DNA of 36,540 bases from a virus. Lineage: Duplodnaviria; Heunggongvirae; Uroviricota; Caudoviricetes. Below, piece by piece: positions 1-12,990 of the stretch. The stretch is from the IMG/VR virus record IMGVR_UViG_2874920711_000014; one strand, given 5' to 3'. Both the position numbers and the translations under genes were made by a program. How positions within the stretch are numbered: position 1 is the stretch's first letter; every line of letters begins with the position of its first letter. The notes under the pieces are model-generated. The model made no database searches and had not been told where the DNA came from. It worked only from the letters and a program-made list of their open reading frames with translations.

Positions 1-799
1 CTACGATAACCGCGCATTCAACATGGCTATCTGTTCGTCGTTCATGTCATCAATCCACATACCGTAAATTTCATACACCATTTGCGCAGTTTCATGCCCC
101 ATCTGGCTGGCTATAAATGCCGGGTTCGCTCCTGCCGTCAACAGCCAGCAGGCAAAAGTATGTCGCGTATGGTACGGATTACGGCGGCGAATACCAGCAC
201 GTTTTACTGCTGCATTCCATCTTGCACCCAAACTGCTTACCGAGTAATAAGGTTTCTGTTTTTCGTTACACACCCTGGGCATGAAAACAAAATGCAGTTT
301 TTGCTTTTCAGTTCTGCCGTACTCCCGATGATAAAAAGTGATTTCGCTTTTGCGATGATGCCCGGTCAGTTTGTATTGCTCCTTCAGTGCTTCAAGAGCC
401 GGCTGCAGTAATGTTACCGTCCGGATCCCGGCATTTGTTTTTGGGGACCGAACATATCAAGTATCGTCAGGTTTCTTCTGACATTCACAATTCCCTTCTC
501 GAAATCCACATCCTCCCACGCCAGAGCTGCCAGTTCCCCGTGACGAAGCCCGGAGTAAACGGCAAATTTCCACAAGTTTTGGCTCTGTCCTTTTTCACTT
601 TCCATTAATGCATTGAATTCTGTTTTAGATAACGGGTCAGGCTTTATTCTGTTTCGCTGTAATTTTTTTACTCCTTCAAATGGTTTGGTTGATATAAATC
701 CCGACTGATACGCAAAACGTAACAACGAACAGAGCAGGGCGATATAGTTATCAACTGTGCGCACGGTTCTTCCTTTTTTGTTGGATCTTGGATTATCTA
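1..799 (-). pseudogene. int: Phage tyrosine integrase, 3' ~280 codons; N-terminus missing, interrupted by IS630, internal -1 frameshift near 430-445
   Basis: Track ORF 1..282(-) carries ...NPYHTRHTFACWLL... (H-x-x-R-H catalytic box). The same frame stays open upstream (...LLQPALEALKEQYKLTGHH...). The tail of ORF 414..1850(-) carries ...GLRHGELAALAWEDVD... A further 47 bp of the gene sits at 1954-2000 before IS911 begins. Confidence 0.8.
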
Positions 800-1951
800 A
801 ATAGCTGCGCTTAATACCGCTACACTTTTGCCAGTCCATGTTTGCCTCCGGGAATGGGCTGACGGTTTCCATAAAATGGCGAACTTTTTTCAACAGTTGC
901 CACATTGAGCGGCACTGATGATTACGCGTTATTGTGTCGTGAAGTGCCTGCCATAGCCGTTCAACATGATTCACCCATGGCGAGTAAACCGGCTGATAAA
1001 TGACCCTGAACTTCGGGTTCTCCTTCAGCCAGCTCTGTGTTTCCCGGCTTTTGTGGATAATGTAGTTGTCCACGATCAGCGTGATGGTTTTCGCCCGACG
1101 GTATGTCGCTTTAAGCCGCTTCAGCAGGCTGATGAACAGCGCCGAACTTTTGCTGTTGCCGCCCACATAGCTGACTTTACCTGTCCCGCTGTGCAGCGCT
1201 CCGGCCAGATAATATTTTTCATTCTGTCCCGGCGTGACCACCCGTTTTTGCTGTCCGCGCAGTTGCCAGTCCGCACCGATTTTGGGATGAAGATGGATAT
1301 CCACTTCATCTTCATAAAAGACCGGATGCTCTGCGCTGCATTCGTCCAGTGCTTTATGGATTGCTGCCATCTTTTCATCTTTATGCGGGTCACGGATACG
1401 CAGAGTTGGCGCAGCCCTTCGCCACACAATCCCCGCAGACGGCAACCAGCGGCGAACGGTTCCGGCATTTAACTGGCAACCGGTTATCTCATTGATTTTT
1501 ATTGCCAGCAGTTCTGTACTCCAGCGTGAACGCTGGTAGCCAAAGTCGCCGGGAGAATGTTTTACCAGCTCACGTAACAGTGTGCAGATATGCTCAAACG
1601 GCCAGCGACGGGCACGCCCGGCAGGTAATGATTTCAGTCCCTCAACACCCGACTGCGTGAACCAGTTAATCCAGCGTCCAACAGAGGAACGGGCGCAGCA
1701 GAGCGTTCTGGCAACGTCGCTGACACGGTCGCCCCGGTGCAGCATCAGCATGGCAGTCAGTCTGCGGGCATAATTTTTATCGTGTGTTTTATGGATGGCT
1801 TTCTGCATCAGGCGTCGTTCGTCACGGGAAATTGGTGCTATGATCGGCATTGCTCAGTCCGGTTGGTGATTTGTTTTGATTTGGCGATTGATCAGATCGC
1901 ACAATCCGGGCTAAGTTCCCTCAAAGTGATCTACTATTCCGCGCAGCTATT
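800..1951 (-). mobile_element. IS630 copy 1 (~1152 bp), inserted at 5'-CTAG-3' in the integrase gene with TA duplication (798-799 and 1952-1953)
   Basis: Terminal sequence AATAGCTGCGC... is the same at both ends (inverted) and in copy 2. Flanks reconstruct gattatcTAggtaaag. Transposase matches copy 2 until the C-terminus. Confidence 0.9.
820..1850 (-). CDS. IS630 transposase with C-terminal -1 frameshift; reads through into integrase remnant (track ORF 414..1850, 478 aa)
   Basis: Protein identical to the 343-aa copy-2 transposase up to ...ETVSPFP. This copy has GGG at ~850-852 where copy 2 has a 4-base run (~7539-7542). Confidence 0.85.
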
Positions 1952-2073
1952 TAGGTAAAGCGTTTCTCCATGCAGCAGTTCATTCCGGTAGTTTAAGATA
2001 TGAAGTGGCACACTGAATTTGGCCACCTGAACAGAGGTGATATGCTCACCTCAGAACAACACAGGTGCTCCAA

Positions 2074-2149
2074 TGAAAAAAAGAAATTTTAGCGCAGAGT
2101 TTAAACGCGAATCCGCTCAACTGGTTGTTGACCAGAAATACACGGTGGC
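2074..2149 (+). pseudogene. insN: IS911 orfA, N-terminal 25 codons only, cut by IS600-like left end
   Basis: atgaaaaaaagaaattttagcgcagag... translates [26 protein letters not shown], then the IS600-like terminus TGAGGTAGCC begins. Confidence 0.7.
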
Positions 2150-2213
2150 TGAGGTAGCCTGAGTTTAACGGACACTCCTTCCTGAAATAGAATGGCATCA
2201 GAAGGAGCTAATA

Positions 2214-2476
2214 ATGAGCAGAAAAACCCAACGTTACTCTAAAGAGTTCAAAGCCGAAGCTGTCAGAACGGTTCTTGAAAATCAATTTTCGATCAGTGAA
2301 GGCGCTTCCCGATTATCCCTTCCTGAAGGCACTTTAGGACAATGGGTTACCGCCGCCAGAAAAGGGCTCGGTACTCCTGGTTCCCGCACGGTGGCTGAAC
2401 TGGAATCTGAAATTCTGCAACTGCGTAAGGCGTTAAATGAAGCTCGCCTTGAGCGAGATATATTAAAAAAAGCAAC
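2214..2476 (+). pseudogene. IS600-like (IS3 family) orfA, truncated after ...ERDILKKAT by IS30
   Basis: Track ORF 2214..2582 starts MSRKTQRYSKEFKAEAVRTVLENQ... and reads into the IS30 end. Identical to orfA at 9278 and 26350(-). Confidence 0.75.
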
Positions 2477-4714
<2,238 letters not shown>

Positions 4715-4728
4715 AAATCCTCCTGAAA

Positions 4729-5475
4729 CTACTTAACAACCCTCGAATGGCTAACATTCGGACGCCAGCTCTCCCAGTTAAAATTCACCCAGCGCCCGCC
4801 GTTCATGACCATGCGATCCATCACCCGCTCGCCGAGAAGTGTATTCATCGCTGCATGGTTAATATTTGTCAGCATCCCCACACCGCGTAACGATGCCGTC
4901 CGGCGATCAACAATCTGGTTCAGTACCACCTGCTCGTTTTTCGTATCCCGCTGCATGCCAATTTCATCCAGGACCAGCAGGTCAACACCACAAAGCTCCT
5001 GTAAAAATTTTTCACCGGATTTGCCGTTGTCGTAGCTCTCATGCAACACGCTCATGACATCGGACACGGTGACGATAATCACGCTACGCCCCTTCGCCAT
5101 CAGCCGGTTGCCAATCGCGGCTGCAAGATGATTTTTTCCGGTGCCGGGCTTACCGCTGAACACAAAATTCGTACAGCCTGTCATCAGTTCGTCAGCTATG
5201 GATTTCGCCTGACTCAGTGCATGTCGCTGACCGTCGTTCTGCGCCCGGTAATTCGCAAACGAACACTTCCGGTGCAACGGCTGGATGCCGGAGCGGTTCA
5301 GGATTTTTTCCACCCGCAACTGACGATTCAGGCGGTTGATCTCCTCGCAACGTTTCTGGCCTTCAGCAAGTTGCCACTCGCGCCACTCCGCAACCGTTCT
5401 GAATGGGGCGGTTACATGTGGTGGGGTCAGTCTGCGGATACGCTCCAGAACGCCTCCTGTCGCAATATTTTTCAT
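4729..5475 (-). CDS. DnaC-like helicase loader (prophage replication protein, YdaV-like)
   Basis: Track ORF 4729..5475(-), 248 aa, Walker A ...FSGKPGTGKNHLAAAIG... and Walker B ...LLVLDEIG... Confidence 0.85.
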   Translation of the reverse strand: MKNIATGGVLERIRRLTPPHVTAPFRTVAEWREWQLAEGQKRCEEINRLNRQLRVEKILNRSGIQPLHRKCSFANYRAQNDGQRHALSQAKSIADELMTGCTNFVFSGKPGTGKNHLAAAIGNRLMAKGRSVIIVTVSDVMSVLHESYDNGKSGEKFLQELCGVDLLVLDEIGMQRDTKNEQVVLNQIVDRRTASLRGVGMLTNINHAAMNTLLGERVMDRMVMNGGRWVNFNWESWRPNVSHSRVVK

Positions 5476-5612
5476 GGTCTGTTACCCCCTGAAGCCTGGC
5501 GGGATCGCACTGTCCGGCAACGAGACGGTGTTAACCTGTCGGAGCAACGTCTCAGGCCGAACACCTTTCGGCGCGAACAGACCATGGTATTCATTGGCGA
5601 TGCTGTGTCGAA

Positions 5613-6364
5613 TCACCTGCTCAGGTGTAAAACCCTGCTGACGGAATTTTTCCAGTTCCCGTATCGCCCGTTAGCGCCCTGCTCCGTTCGAATCGGTTTT
5701 CGCAATGCCTGCCTGAACTGGACCCACTCATGCCAGAGTGTTTCTGGCAACCAGTCGGGCAGATCAACTGACAACGGGTCAAATTTTTTCTGGCGAACAG
5801 CCCCACCGATAACCAGAATTCCCTGCTCGGTGTGCCTTGCGATATCACTGCGCCGCAAGACACATATCCCGGTTTCAACAGCACCGATTTTGAGCAGTGA
5901 TTTCTGTCGCGGAGAATTTCGGTCAAGCTCGATCCCACACCGGACACCGTTCCTGTCAGTCACGACGATATCAATCCGCCCTCCGCAACCGTCACCACGC
6001 TCTGGCACCGGATACTCACGACAGACATCCAGGCCAGCAGCCTGCAACGCAACCACCGCAGAATTACAAAATTCCGCTGCAGTACCGCCAGATAATCTCC
6101 CTCAAGCACTCCAGCCACAAAATCCCGAAACTCCCTTCCGGAAGGGAAGGGTTTGGGATGGGTTAGATCTGTTTTTAGAGCTTTATCTGTATCTTTATTA
6201 GTTGCCTTTGTGTTGGCATCATGTTCGAACACCACTCCAACATCTGTTTGAACACCTGTTAAATTTCTCTCTTGTTTTGTTTGAACATCTGCTTCCTTTC
6301 TGCTTCTTCTGGCCTGAACAGATGCTTTTCCTGCGGCTGATTTTTTGGTTAATTTTTCTCTGAC
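5613..6364 (-). pseudogene. 3' portion of a YdaU-like replication gene, separated from its 5' part by IS2/IS630; contains a -1 frameshift
   Basis: The reading frame of 8855-9169(-) continues across the 5-bp IS2 TSD into 6364 downward (...EEDLASVREKLTKKSAAGKAS...). A second frame (track ORF 5613..6056) overlaps and continues to just upstream of the DnaC-like gene. Confidence 0.5.
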
Positions 6365-6439
6365 TAGACTGGCCCCTGAATCTCCAGACAACCAGTATCA
6401 CTTAAATAAGTGATAGTCTTAATACTAGTTTTTAGACTA

Positions 6440-7592
6440 AATAGCTGCGCGGAATAGTAGATCACTTTGAGGGAACTTAGCCCGGATTGTGCGATCTGAT
6501 CAATCGCCAAATCAAAACAAATCACCAACCGGACTGAGCAATGCCGATCATAGCACCAATTTCCCGTGACGAACGACGCCTGATGCAGAAAGCCATCCAT
6601 AAAACACACGATAAAAATTATGCCCGCAGACTGACTGCCATGCTGATGCTGCACCGGGGCGACCGTGTCAGCGACGTTGCCAGAACGCTCTGCTGCGCCC
6701 GTTCCTCTGTTGGACGCTGGATTAACTGGTTCACGCAGTCGGGTGTTGAGGGACTGAAATCATTACCTGCCGGGCGTGCCCGTCGCTGGCCGTTTGAGCA
6801 TATCTGCACACTGTTACGTGAGCTGGTAAAACATTCTCCCGGCGACTTTGGCTACCAGCGTTCACGCTGGAGTACAGAACTGCTGGCAATAAAAATCAAT
6901 GAGATAACCGGTTGCCAGTTAAATGCCGGAACCGTTCGCCGCTGGTTGCCGTCTGCGGGGATTGTGTGGCGAAGGGCTGCGCCAACTCTGCGTATCCGTG
7001 ACCCGCATAAAGATGAAAAGATGGCAGCAATCCATAAAGCACTGGACGAATGCAGCGCAGAGCATCCGGTCTTTTATGAAGATGAAGTGGATATCCATCT
7101 TCATCCCAAAATCGGTGCGGACTGGCAACTGCGCGGACAGCAAAAACGGGTGGTCACGCCGGGACAGAATGAAAAATATTATCTGGCCGGAGCGCTGCAC
7201 AGCGGGACAGGTAAAGTCAGCTATGTGGGCGGCAACAGCAAAAGTTCGGCGCTGTTCATCAGCCTGCTGAAGCGGCTTAAAGCGACATACCGTCGGGCGA
7301 AAACCATCACGCTGATCGTGGACAACTACATTATCCACAAAAGCCGGGAAACACAGAGCTGGCTGAAGGAGAACCCGAAGTTCAGGGTCATTTATCAGCC
7401 GGTTTACTCGCCATGGGTGAATCATGTTGAACGGCTATGGCAGGCACTTCACGACACAATAACGCGTAATCATCAGTGCCGCTCAATGTGGCAACTGTTG
7501 AAAAAAGTTCGCCATTTTATGGAAACCGTCAGCCCATTCCCCGGAGGCAAACATGGACTGGCAAAAGTGTAGCGGTATTAAGCGCAGCTATT
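6440..7592 (+). mobile_element. IS630 copy 2 (1153 bp, intact), inserted in the IS2 left end at CTAG with TA duplication (6438-6439 and 7593-7594)
   Basis: Flanks tttttagacTA / TAgtcattggag reconstruct the IS2 sequence tttttagactagtcattgg, which is uninterrupted in IS2 copy B. Confidence 0.95.
6541..7572 (+). CDS. IS630 transposase (343 aa, intact)
   Basis: Track ORF 6541..7572, [30 protein letters not shown]... Confidence 0.95.
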   Translation: MPIIAPISRDERRLMQKAIHKTHDKNYARRLTAMLMLHRGDRVSDVARTLCCARSSVGRWINWFTQSGVEGLKSLPAGRARRWPFEHICTLLRELVKHSPGDFGYQRSRWSTELLAIKINEITGCQLNAGTVRRWLPSAGIVWRRAAPTLRIRDPHKDEKMAAIHKALDECSAEHPVFYEDEVDIHLHPKIGADWQLRGQQKRVVTPGQNEKYYLAGALHSGTGKVSYVGGNSKSSALFISLLKRLKATYRRAKTITLIVDNYIIHKSRETQSWLKENPKFRVIYQPVYSPWVNHVERLWQALHDTITRNHQCRSMWQLLKKVRHFMETVSPFPGGKHGLAKV

Positions 7593-7609
7593 TAGTCATT
7601 GGAGTACAG

Positions 7610-7975
7610 ATGATTGATGTCTTAGGGCCGGAGAAACGCAGACGGCGTACCACACAGGAAAAGATCGCAATTGTTCAGCAGAGCTTTGAACCGGGGATGA
7701 CGGTCTCCCTCGTTGCCCGGCAACATGGTGTAGCAGCCAGCCAGTTATTTCTCTGGCGTAAGCAATACCAGGAAGGAAGTCTTACTGCTGTGGCCGCCGG
7801 AGAACAGGTTGTTCCTGCCTCTGAACTTACTGCCGCCATGAAGCAGATTAAAGAACTCCAGCGCCTGCACGGCAAGAAAACGATGGAAAATGAACTCCTC
7901 AAAGAAGCCGTTGAATATGGACGGGCAAAAAAGTGGATAGCGCACGCGCCCTTATTGCCCGGGGATGGGGAGTAA
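7610..7975 (+). CDS. insC: IS2 OrfA (InsC)
   Basis: [29 protein letters not shown]... The track ORF starts at 7553 only because it reads in from the IS630 end. Confidence 0.9.
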
Positions 7976-8838
7976 GCTTAGTCAGCCGTTGTCTCCGGGT
8001 GTCGCGTGCGCAGTTGCACGTCATTCTCAGACGAACCGATGACTGGATGGATGGCCGCCGCAGTCGTCACACTGATGATACGGATGTGCTTCTCCGTATA
8101 CACCATGTTATCGGAGAGCTGCCCACGTATGGTTATCGTCGGGTATGGGCGCTGCTTCGCAGACAGGCAGAACTTGATGGTATGCCTGCGATTAATGCCA
8201 AACGTGTTTACCGGATCATGCGCCAGAATGCGCTGTTGCTTGAGCGAAAACCTGCTGTACCGCCATCGAAACGGGCACATACAGGCAGAGTGGCCGTGAA
8301 AGAAAGCAATCAGCGATGGTGCTCTGACGGGTTCGAGTTCTGCTGTGATAACGGAGAGAGACTGCGTGTCACGTTCGCGCTGGACTGCTGTGATCGTGAG
8401 GCACTGCACTGGGCGGTGACTACCGGCGGCTTCAACAGTGAAACAGTACAGGACGTCATGCTGGGAGCGGTGGAACGCCGCTTCGGCAACGATCTTCCGT
8501 CGTCTCCAGTGGAGTGGCTGACGGATAATGGTTCATGCTACCGGGCTAATGAAACACGCCAGTTCGCCCGGATGTTGGGACTTGAACCGAAGAACACGGC
8601 GGTGCGGAGTCCGGAGAGTAACGGAATAGCAGAGAGCTTCGTGAAAACGATAAAGCGTGACTACATCAGTATCATGCCCAAACCAGACGGGTTAACGGCA
8701 GCAAAGAACCTTGCAGAGGCGTTCGAGCATTATAACGAATGGCATCCGCATAGTGCGCTGGGTTATCGCTCGCCACGGGAATATCTGCGGCAGCGGGCTT
8801 GTAATGGGTTAAGTGATAACAGATGTCTGGAAATATAG
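7933..8838 (+). CDS. insD: IS2 OrfB (InsD, DDE transposase domain)
   Basis: Track ORF 7933..8838, 301 aa, overlaps insC in the -1 frame as expected for IS3-family programmed frameshifting. Confidence 0.9.
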
Positions 8839-8854
8839 GGGCAAATCCACTGAC

Positions 8855-9169
8855 AGATGCCAGATCTTCCTCAATCCGAAGATGCATCCATTCGTCGCCG
8901 TTATCACAAAAAAACTCCCGCAAGGATGGTTCAACATCAACCCATCGCTCGTTAGTCAGACGGGCAATTTTTGCCAACCTGTTTTTGGGTATTGGCTTTC
9001 CTGTTTGCCAGTAATTGAACATCAGCAACAAATACGCGCCGTGCTCCTCTGCTGACAAATGCATGGTGTCAGCCAGGTAATTAGCTATGTACAGTTGCAT
9101 GTATGGTAATGCGGCCATAATTGCCCCGTATGATGCTGCCCGGTTGCTTAGAATAAGCACAAACAGCAT
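8855..9169 (-). pseudogene. 5' portion of YdaU-like (DUF1376) phage replication gene, cut by IS2
   Basis: Track ORF 8672..9169(-) begins MLFVLILSNRAASYGAIMAALPYMQLYIANYLADTMHLSAEEHGAYLLLMFNYWQTGKPIP... and reads into the IS2 right end. Confidence 0.65.
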
Positions 9170-9277
9170 GGAAACTTTTGCTTAATGAACAATGACAGAA
9201 TCGTCGGAAGACCTGAGGTAGCCTGAGTTTAACGGACACTCCTTCCTGAAATAGAATGGCATCAGAAGGAGCTAATA

Positions 9278-9540
9278 ATGAGCAGAAAAACCCAACGTTA
9301 CTCTAAAGAGTTCAAAGCCGAAGCTGTCAGAACGGTTCTTGAAAATCAATTTTCGATCAGTGAAGGCGCTTCCCGATTATCCCTTCCTGAAGGCACTTTA
9401 GGACAATGGGTTACCGCCGCCAGAAAAGGGCTCGGTACTCCTGGTTCCCGCACGGTGGCTGAACTGGAATCTGAAATTCTGCAACTGCGTAAGGCGTTAA
9501 ATGAAGCTCGCCTTGAGCGAGATATATTAAAAAAAGCAAC
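9278..9540 (+). pseudogene. IS600-like orfA, interrupted after ...KKAT by IS30 copy 2
   Basis: Track ORF 9278..9628. The orfA tail resumes after IS30 as TAYFAQESLKNTR-stop (10762-10803). Confidence 0.8.
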
Positions 9541-10761
9541 TGTAGATTCAATCTGTCAATGCAACACCCCTTTCAATTATCTCTTTCGGTGTTTTGAACT
9601 TCAGTGTCTTTCTCGGTCTGTTGTTTAGCTGAGCAGCAACCAGATCTAGTTCATGTTGAGTATATTGGGCAAGACATGTCTTTTTAGGAAAGTACTGCCG
9701 AATTAGCCCATTTGTGTTCTCATTTGTTCCCCGCTGCCAAGGACTCTGAGGATCGCAGAAGTAAACTTTAACGCCGGTGCTGACAGTAAATTCTAGATGT
9801 CTGGCCAGTTCCATTCCTCTGTCCCATGTCAGTGATTTTCTGAGTTCTGACGGTAAACTCAGGAATTTGTCGGTAAGAGCCTGATTTACTGAGACAGAAT
9901 CTTTGCCCCTGAGTCTAAGGATGATCGTATAACGTGATTTTCGGTCTACAAGTGTGGCTATATGAGAGTTTTTTGTACCTGAGACTAAATCGCCCTCCCA
10001 ATGCCCCAGAGAGCGTCTGTTATCGATATTTCGGGAACGTTCGTGAATTGGTGTTCCGTTCACTATGTTAATCGTACCTCTTTCGCCTTTGCGGGTATGA
10101 CGCCTGCCATGGCGAAGGCTATGCGACCGTCGCAGATGCTGTATATTCAGGTGGTGTAGCGCTTCACGGCTACGAAAGTACAGCGTTTTATAAATTGTCT
10201 CAGGTGATATTCGCAGCGTTTTTTGACGTGGTTTTGTTCGCCTTAACCATCCTGATATTTGCTCTGGAGACCATTTCATCTCCAGCTTTTCCAGAACAAG
10301 CTTTCGCAATGGTAAATTTTGATCCAGTAAGCACGGTTTTGGCCTTTTCGCCATTCTGTTGGCTCGGTTATTAGCATCAACAGCTTTGTAATAGCGTCTG
10401 CCCCGATTACGCTGAACTTCACGTGAGATCGTCGAAGGACTGCGATTCAGCGCAGTAGCTATCGCACGAATGCTCATTTTGGCTGACAAACCAGCTCGTA
10501 TCTCCTCGCGCTCAGACAGTGTCAGGTGAGCTACAGCCCGCTTACGCTCATGGGGTTTTATGCCGCCAGTATCCCTTAACATAGTGAAGATCGTTCCGGG
10601 TTTTGAACCCAGGATATTCGCTATTTCACTGAAGCCTGTTCCGTTCTTCCATAGTTCAAAAACAGAGGCTTTTTCCTCTGCTGTAAATGTTCGTCTCATT
10701 CAAAAAACCTCCGCAACCCCATGTTTTCACATAACTGTTGCGTTGACCAATTGAATCTACA
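9541..10761 (-). mobile_element. IS30 copy 2 (1221 bp), 2-bp TSD AC (9539-9540 and 10762-10763)
   Basis: Same terminal repeats as copy 1; opposite orientation to the host IS600-like element. Confidence 0.95.
9548..10699 (-). CDS. insI: IS30 transposase (383 aa, intact)
   Basis: Track ORF 9548..10699(-), identical protein to copy 1. Confidence 0.95.
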   Translation of the reverse strand: MRRTFTAEEKASVFELWKNGTGFSEIANILGSKPGTIFTMLRDTGGIKPHERKRAVAHLTLSEREEIRAGLSAKMSIRAIATALNRSPSTISREVQRNRGRRYYKAVDANNRANRMAKRPKPCLLDQNLPLRKLVLEKLEMKWSPEQISGWLRRTKPRQKTLRISPETIYKTLYFRSREALHHLNIQHLRRSHSLRHGRRHTRKGERGTINIVNGTPIHERSRNIDNRRSLGHWEGDLVSGTKNSHIATLVDRKSRYTIILRLRGKDSVSVNQALTDKFLSLPSELRKSLTWDRGMELARHLEFTVSTGVKVYFCDPQSPWQRGTNENTNGLIRQYFPKKTCLAQYTQHELDLVAAQLNNRPRKTLKFKTPKEIIERGVALTD

Positions 10762-10838
10762 ACAGCGTATTTTGCACAGGAGTCGCTGAAAAATACGCGT
10801 TAATCGAACAATGGCGACAACAATTTCCCATTGAAGCG

Positions 10839-11267
10839 ATGTGTCAGGTATTTGGTGTATCCAGGAGCGGTTATTACAACTGGGTACAGCATGAACCCTC
10901 AGACAGAAAACAAAGTGATGAGCGGCTAAAACTGGAGATTAAGGTGGCACATATCCGCACTCGCGAAACATATGGAACCCGGCGGCTCCAGACGGAGCTG
11001 GCAGAGAATGGCATCATCGTTGGTCGTGACCGACTGGCACGTCTTCGTAAGGAGCTAAGGCTACGCTGTAAGCAGAAACGCAAGTTCAGAGCGACTACGA
11101 ACCCGAACCACAATCTGCCAGTTGCGCCAAATCTGCTGAACCAGACGTTCGCTCCTACAGCACCAAATCAGGTCTGGGTGGCGGACCTGACGTATGTTGC
11201 CACACAGGAGGGATGGTTGTACTTCGCTGGCATCAAAGATGTTTATACGTGCGAAATTGTCGGCTAC
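10839..11267 (+). pseudogene. IS600-like orfB, 5' part, interrupted after ...DVYTCEIVGY by IS2 copy B
   Basis: Track ORF 10839..11354, MCQVFGVSRSGYYNWVQHEPSDRKQ...; matches the intact orfB of copy 3 (23058..23876). Confidence 0.8.
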
Positions 11268-11278
11268 TGGATTTGCCC

Positions 11279-12184
11279 CTATATTTCCAGACATCTGTTA
11301 TCACTTAACCCATTACAAGCCCGCTGCCGCAGATATTCCCGTGGCGAGCGATAACCCAGCGCACTATGCGGATGCCATTCGTTATAATGCTCGAACGCCT
11401 CTGCAAGGTTCTTTGCTGCCGTTAACCCGTCTGGTTTGGGCATGATACTGATGTAGTCACGCTTTATCGTTTTCACGAAGCTCTCTGCTATTCCGTTACT
11501 CTCCGGACTCCGCACCGCCGTGTTCTTCGGTTCAAGTCCCAACATCCGGGCGAACTGGCGTGTTTCATTAGCCCGGTAGCATGAACCATTATCCGTCAGC
11601 CACTCCACTGGAGACGACGGAAGATCGTTGCCGAAGCGGCGTTCCACCGCTCCCAGCATGACGTCCTGTACTGTTTCACTGTTGAAGCCGCCGGTAGTCA
11701 CCGCCCAGTGCAGTGCCTCACGATCACAGCAGTCCAGCGCGAACGTGACACGCAGTCTCTCTCCGTTATCACAGCAGAACTCGAACCCGTCAGAGCACCA
11801 TCGCTGATTGCTTTCTTTCACGGCCACTCTGCCTGTATGTGCCCGTTTCGATGGCGGTACAGCAGGTTTTCGCTCAAGCAACAGCGCATTCTGGCGCATG
11901 ATCCGGTAAACACGTTTGGCATTAATCGCAGGCATACCATCAAGTTCTGCCTGTCTGCGAAGCAGCGCCCATACCCGACGATAACCATACGTGGGCAGCT
12001 CTCCGATAACATGGTGTATACGGAGAAGCACATCCGTATCATCAGTGTGACGACTGCGGCGGCCATCCATCCAGTCATCGGTTCGTCTGAGAATGACGTG
12101 CAACTGCGCACGCGACACCCGGAGACAACGGCTGACTAAGCTTACTCCCCATCCCCGGGCAATAAGGGCGCGTGCGCTATCCAC
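11279..12184 (-). CDS. insD: IS2 OrfB (InsD)
   Basis: Track ORF 11279..12184(-), identical to copy A InsD. Confidence 0.9.
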
Positions 12185-12507
12185 TTTTTTGCCCGTCCAT
12201 ATTCAACGGCTTCTTTGAGGAGTTCATTTTCCATCGTTTTCTTGCCGAGCAGGCGCTGGAGTTCTTTAATCTGCTTCATGGCGGCAGCAAGTTCAGAGGC
12301 AGGAACAACCTGTTCTCCGGCGGCCACAGCAGTAAGACTTCCTTCCTGGTATTGCTTACGCCAGAGAAATAACTGGCTGGCTGCTACACCATGTTGCCGG
12401 GCAACGAGGGAGACCGTCATCCCCGGTTCAAAGCTCTGCTGAACAATTGCGATCTTTTCCTGTGTGGTACGCCGTCTGCGTTTCTCCGGCCCTAAGACAT
12501 CAATCAT
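12142..12507 (-). CDS. insC: IS2 OrfA (InsC)
   Basis: Within track ORF 12142..12552(-); [11 protein letters not shown]...; two substitutions relative to copy A (T/A and H/L). Confidence 0.9.
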
Positions 12508-12597
12508 CTGTACTCCAATGACTAGTCTAAAAACTAGTATTAAGACTATCACTTATTTAAGTGATACTGGTTGTCTGGAGATTCAGGGGCCAGTCTA

Positions 12598-12990
12598 GCT
12601 ACGCCATGGGAGAGCGCATGACAAAAGAGCTGACAGGTAAAGCCCTGTTTATGGCGCTCAGGAGCCAGCGCCCACCTGCCGGGCTAATCCACCACTCTGA
12701 TCGAGGTTCACAGTACTGCGCATACGATTACCGGGTCATACAGGAGCAGTTTGGTCTGAAAACATCAATGTCGCGTAAAGGTAACTGTTACGACAACGCT
12801 CCGATGGAAAGCTTCTGGGAACGCTGAAAAATGAGAGCCTGAGCCACTATCGTTTTAATAACCGGGATGAAGCCATCTCAGTAATACGGGAATACATTGA
12901 GATTTTCTACAATCGTCAGCGTCGTCACTCTCGTCTGGGGAATATCTCCCGGCAGCCTTCAGGGAAAAATATCATCAGATGGCTGCTTAA
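12598..12990 (+). pseudogene. IS600-like orfB, 3' part, with -1 frameshift at a G run (~12816)
   Basis: Track ORF 12561..12827 ends ...NAPMESFWER-stop where copy 3 reads ...NAPMESFWGTLKNESLSHY...; ttctggga here versus ttctgggga in copy 3. Confidence 0.75.

Larger units (their letters stand above)
6365..8849 (+). mobile_element. IS2 copy A carrying a nested IS630; 5-bp TSD CTGAC (6360-6364 and 8850-8854)
   Basis: Ends TAGACTGGCCCCTGAATCTCC ... GGGGCAAATCCA. Length 2485 bp = IS2 (~1330) + IS630 (1153) + TA. Confidence 0.9.
11268..12597 (-). mobile_element. IS2 copy B (~1330 bp), 5-bp TSD GCTAC (11263-11267 and 12598-12602)
   Basis: IS2 termini at both ends; flanks reconstruct ...gaaattgtcggctacgccatgggagag (EIVGYAMGE of IS600-like orfB). 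Confidence 0.9.

Noticed and set aside
414-1850. 478-aa minus-strand ORF that looks like a novel transposase-integrase fusion
   Set aside because: It is the IS630 transposase reading past its normal stop (frameshift at ~850 relative to copy 2) into the interrupted integrase gene; the junction coincides with the IS630 end and TA duplication.
5041-6201. 386-aa plus-strand ORF
   Set aside because: Entirely antisense to the DnaC-like and YdaU-like genes, Pro/Arg/Ser-rich with no recognisable motif or ribosome-binding site, and crosses into the IS2 end. Treated as a spurious frame.
7553-7609. Extended N-terminus of the IS2 InsC ORF (track start at 7553)
   Set aside because: The extra 19 codons come from the inserted IS630 end; the true insC start is the ATG at 7610, as in IS2 copy B.
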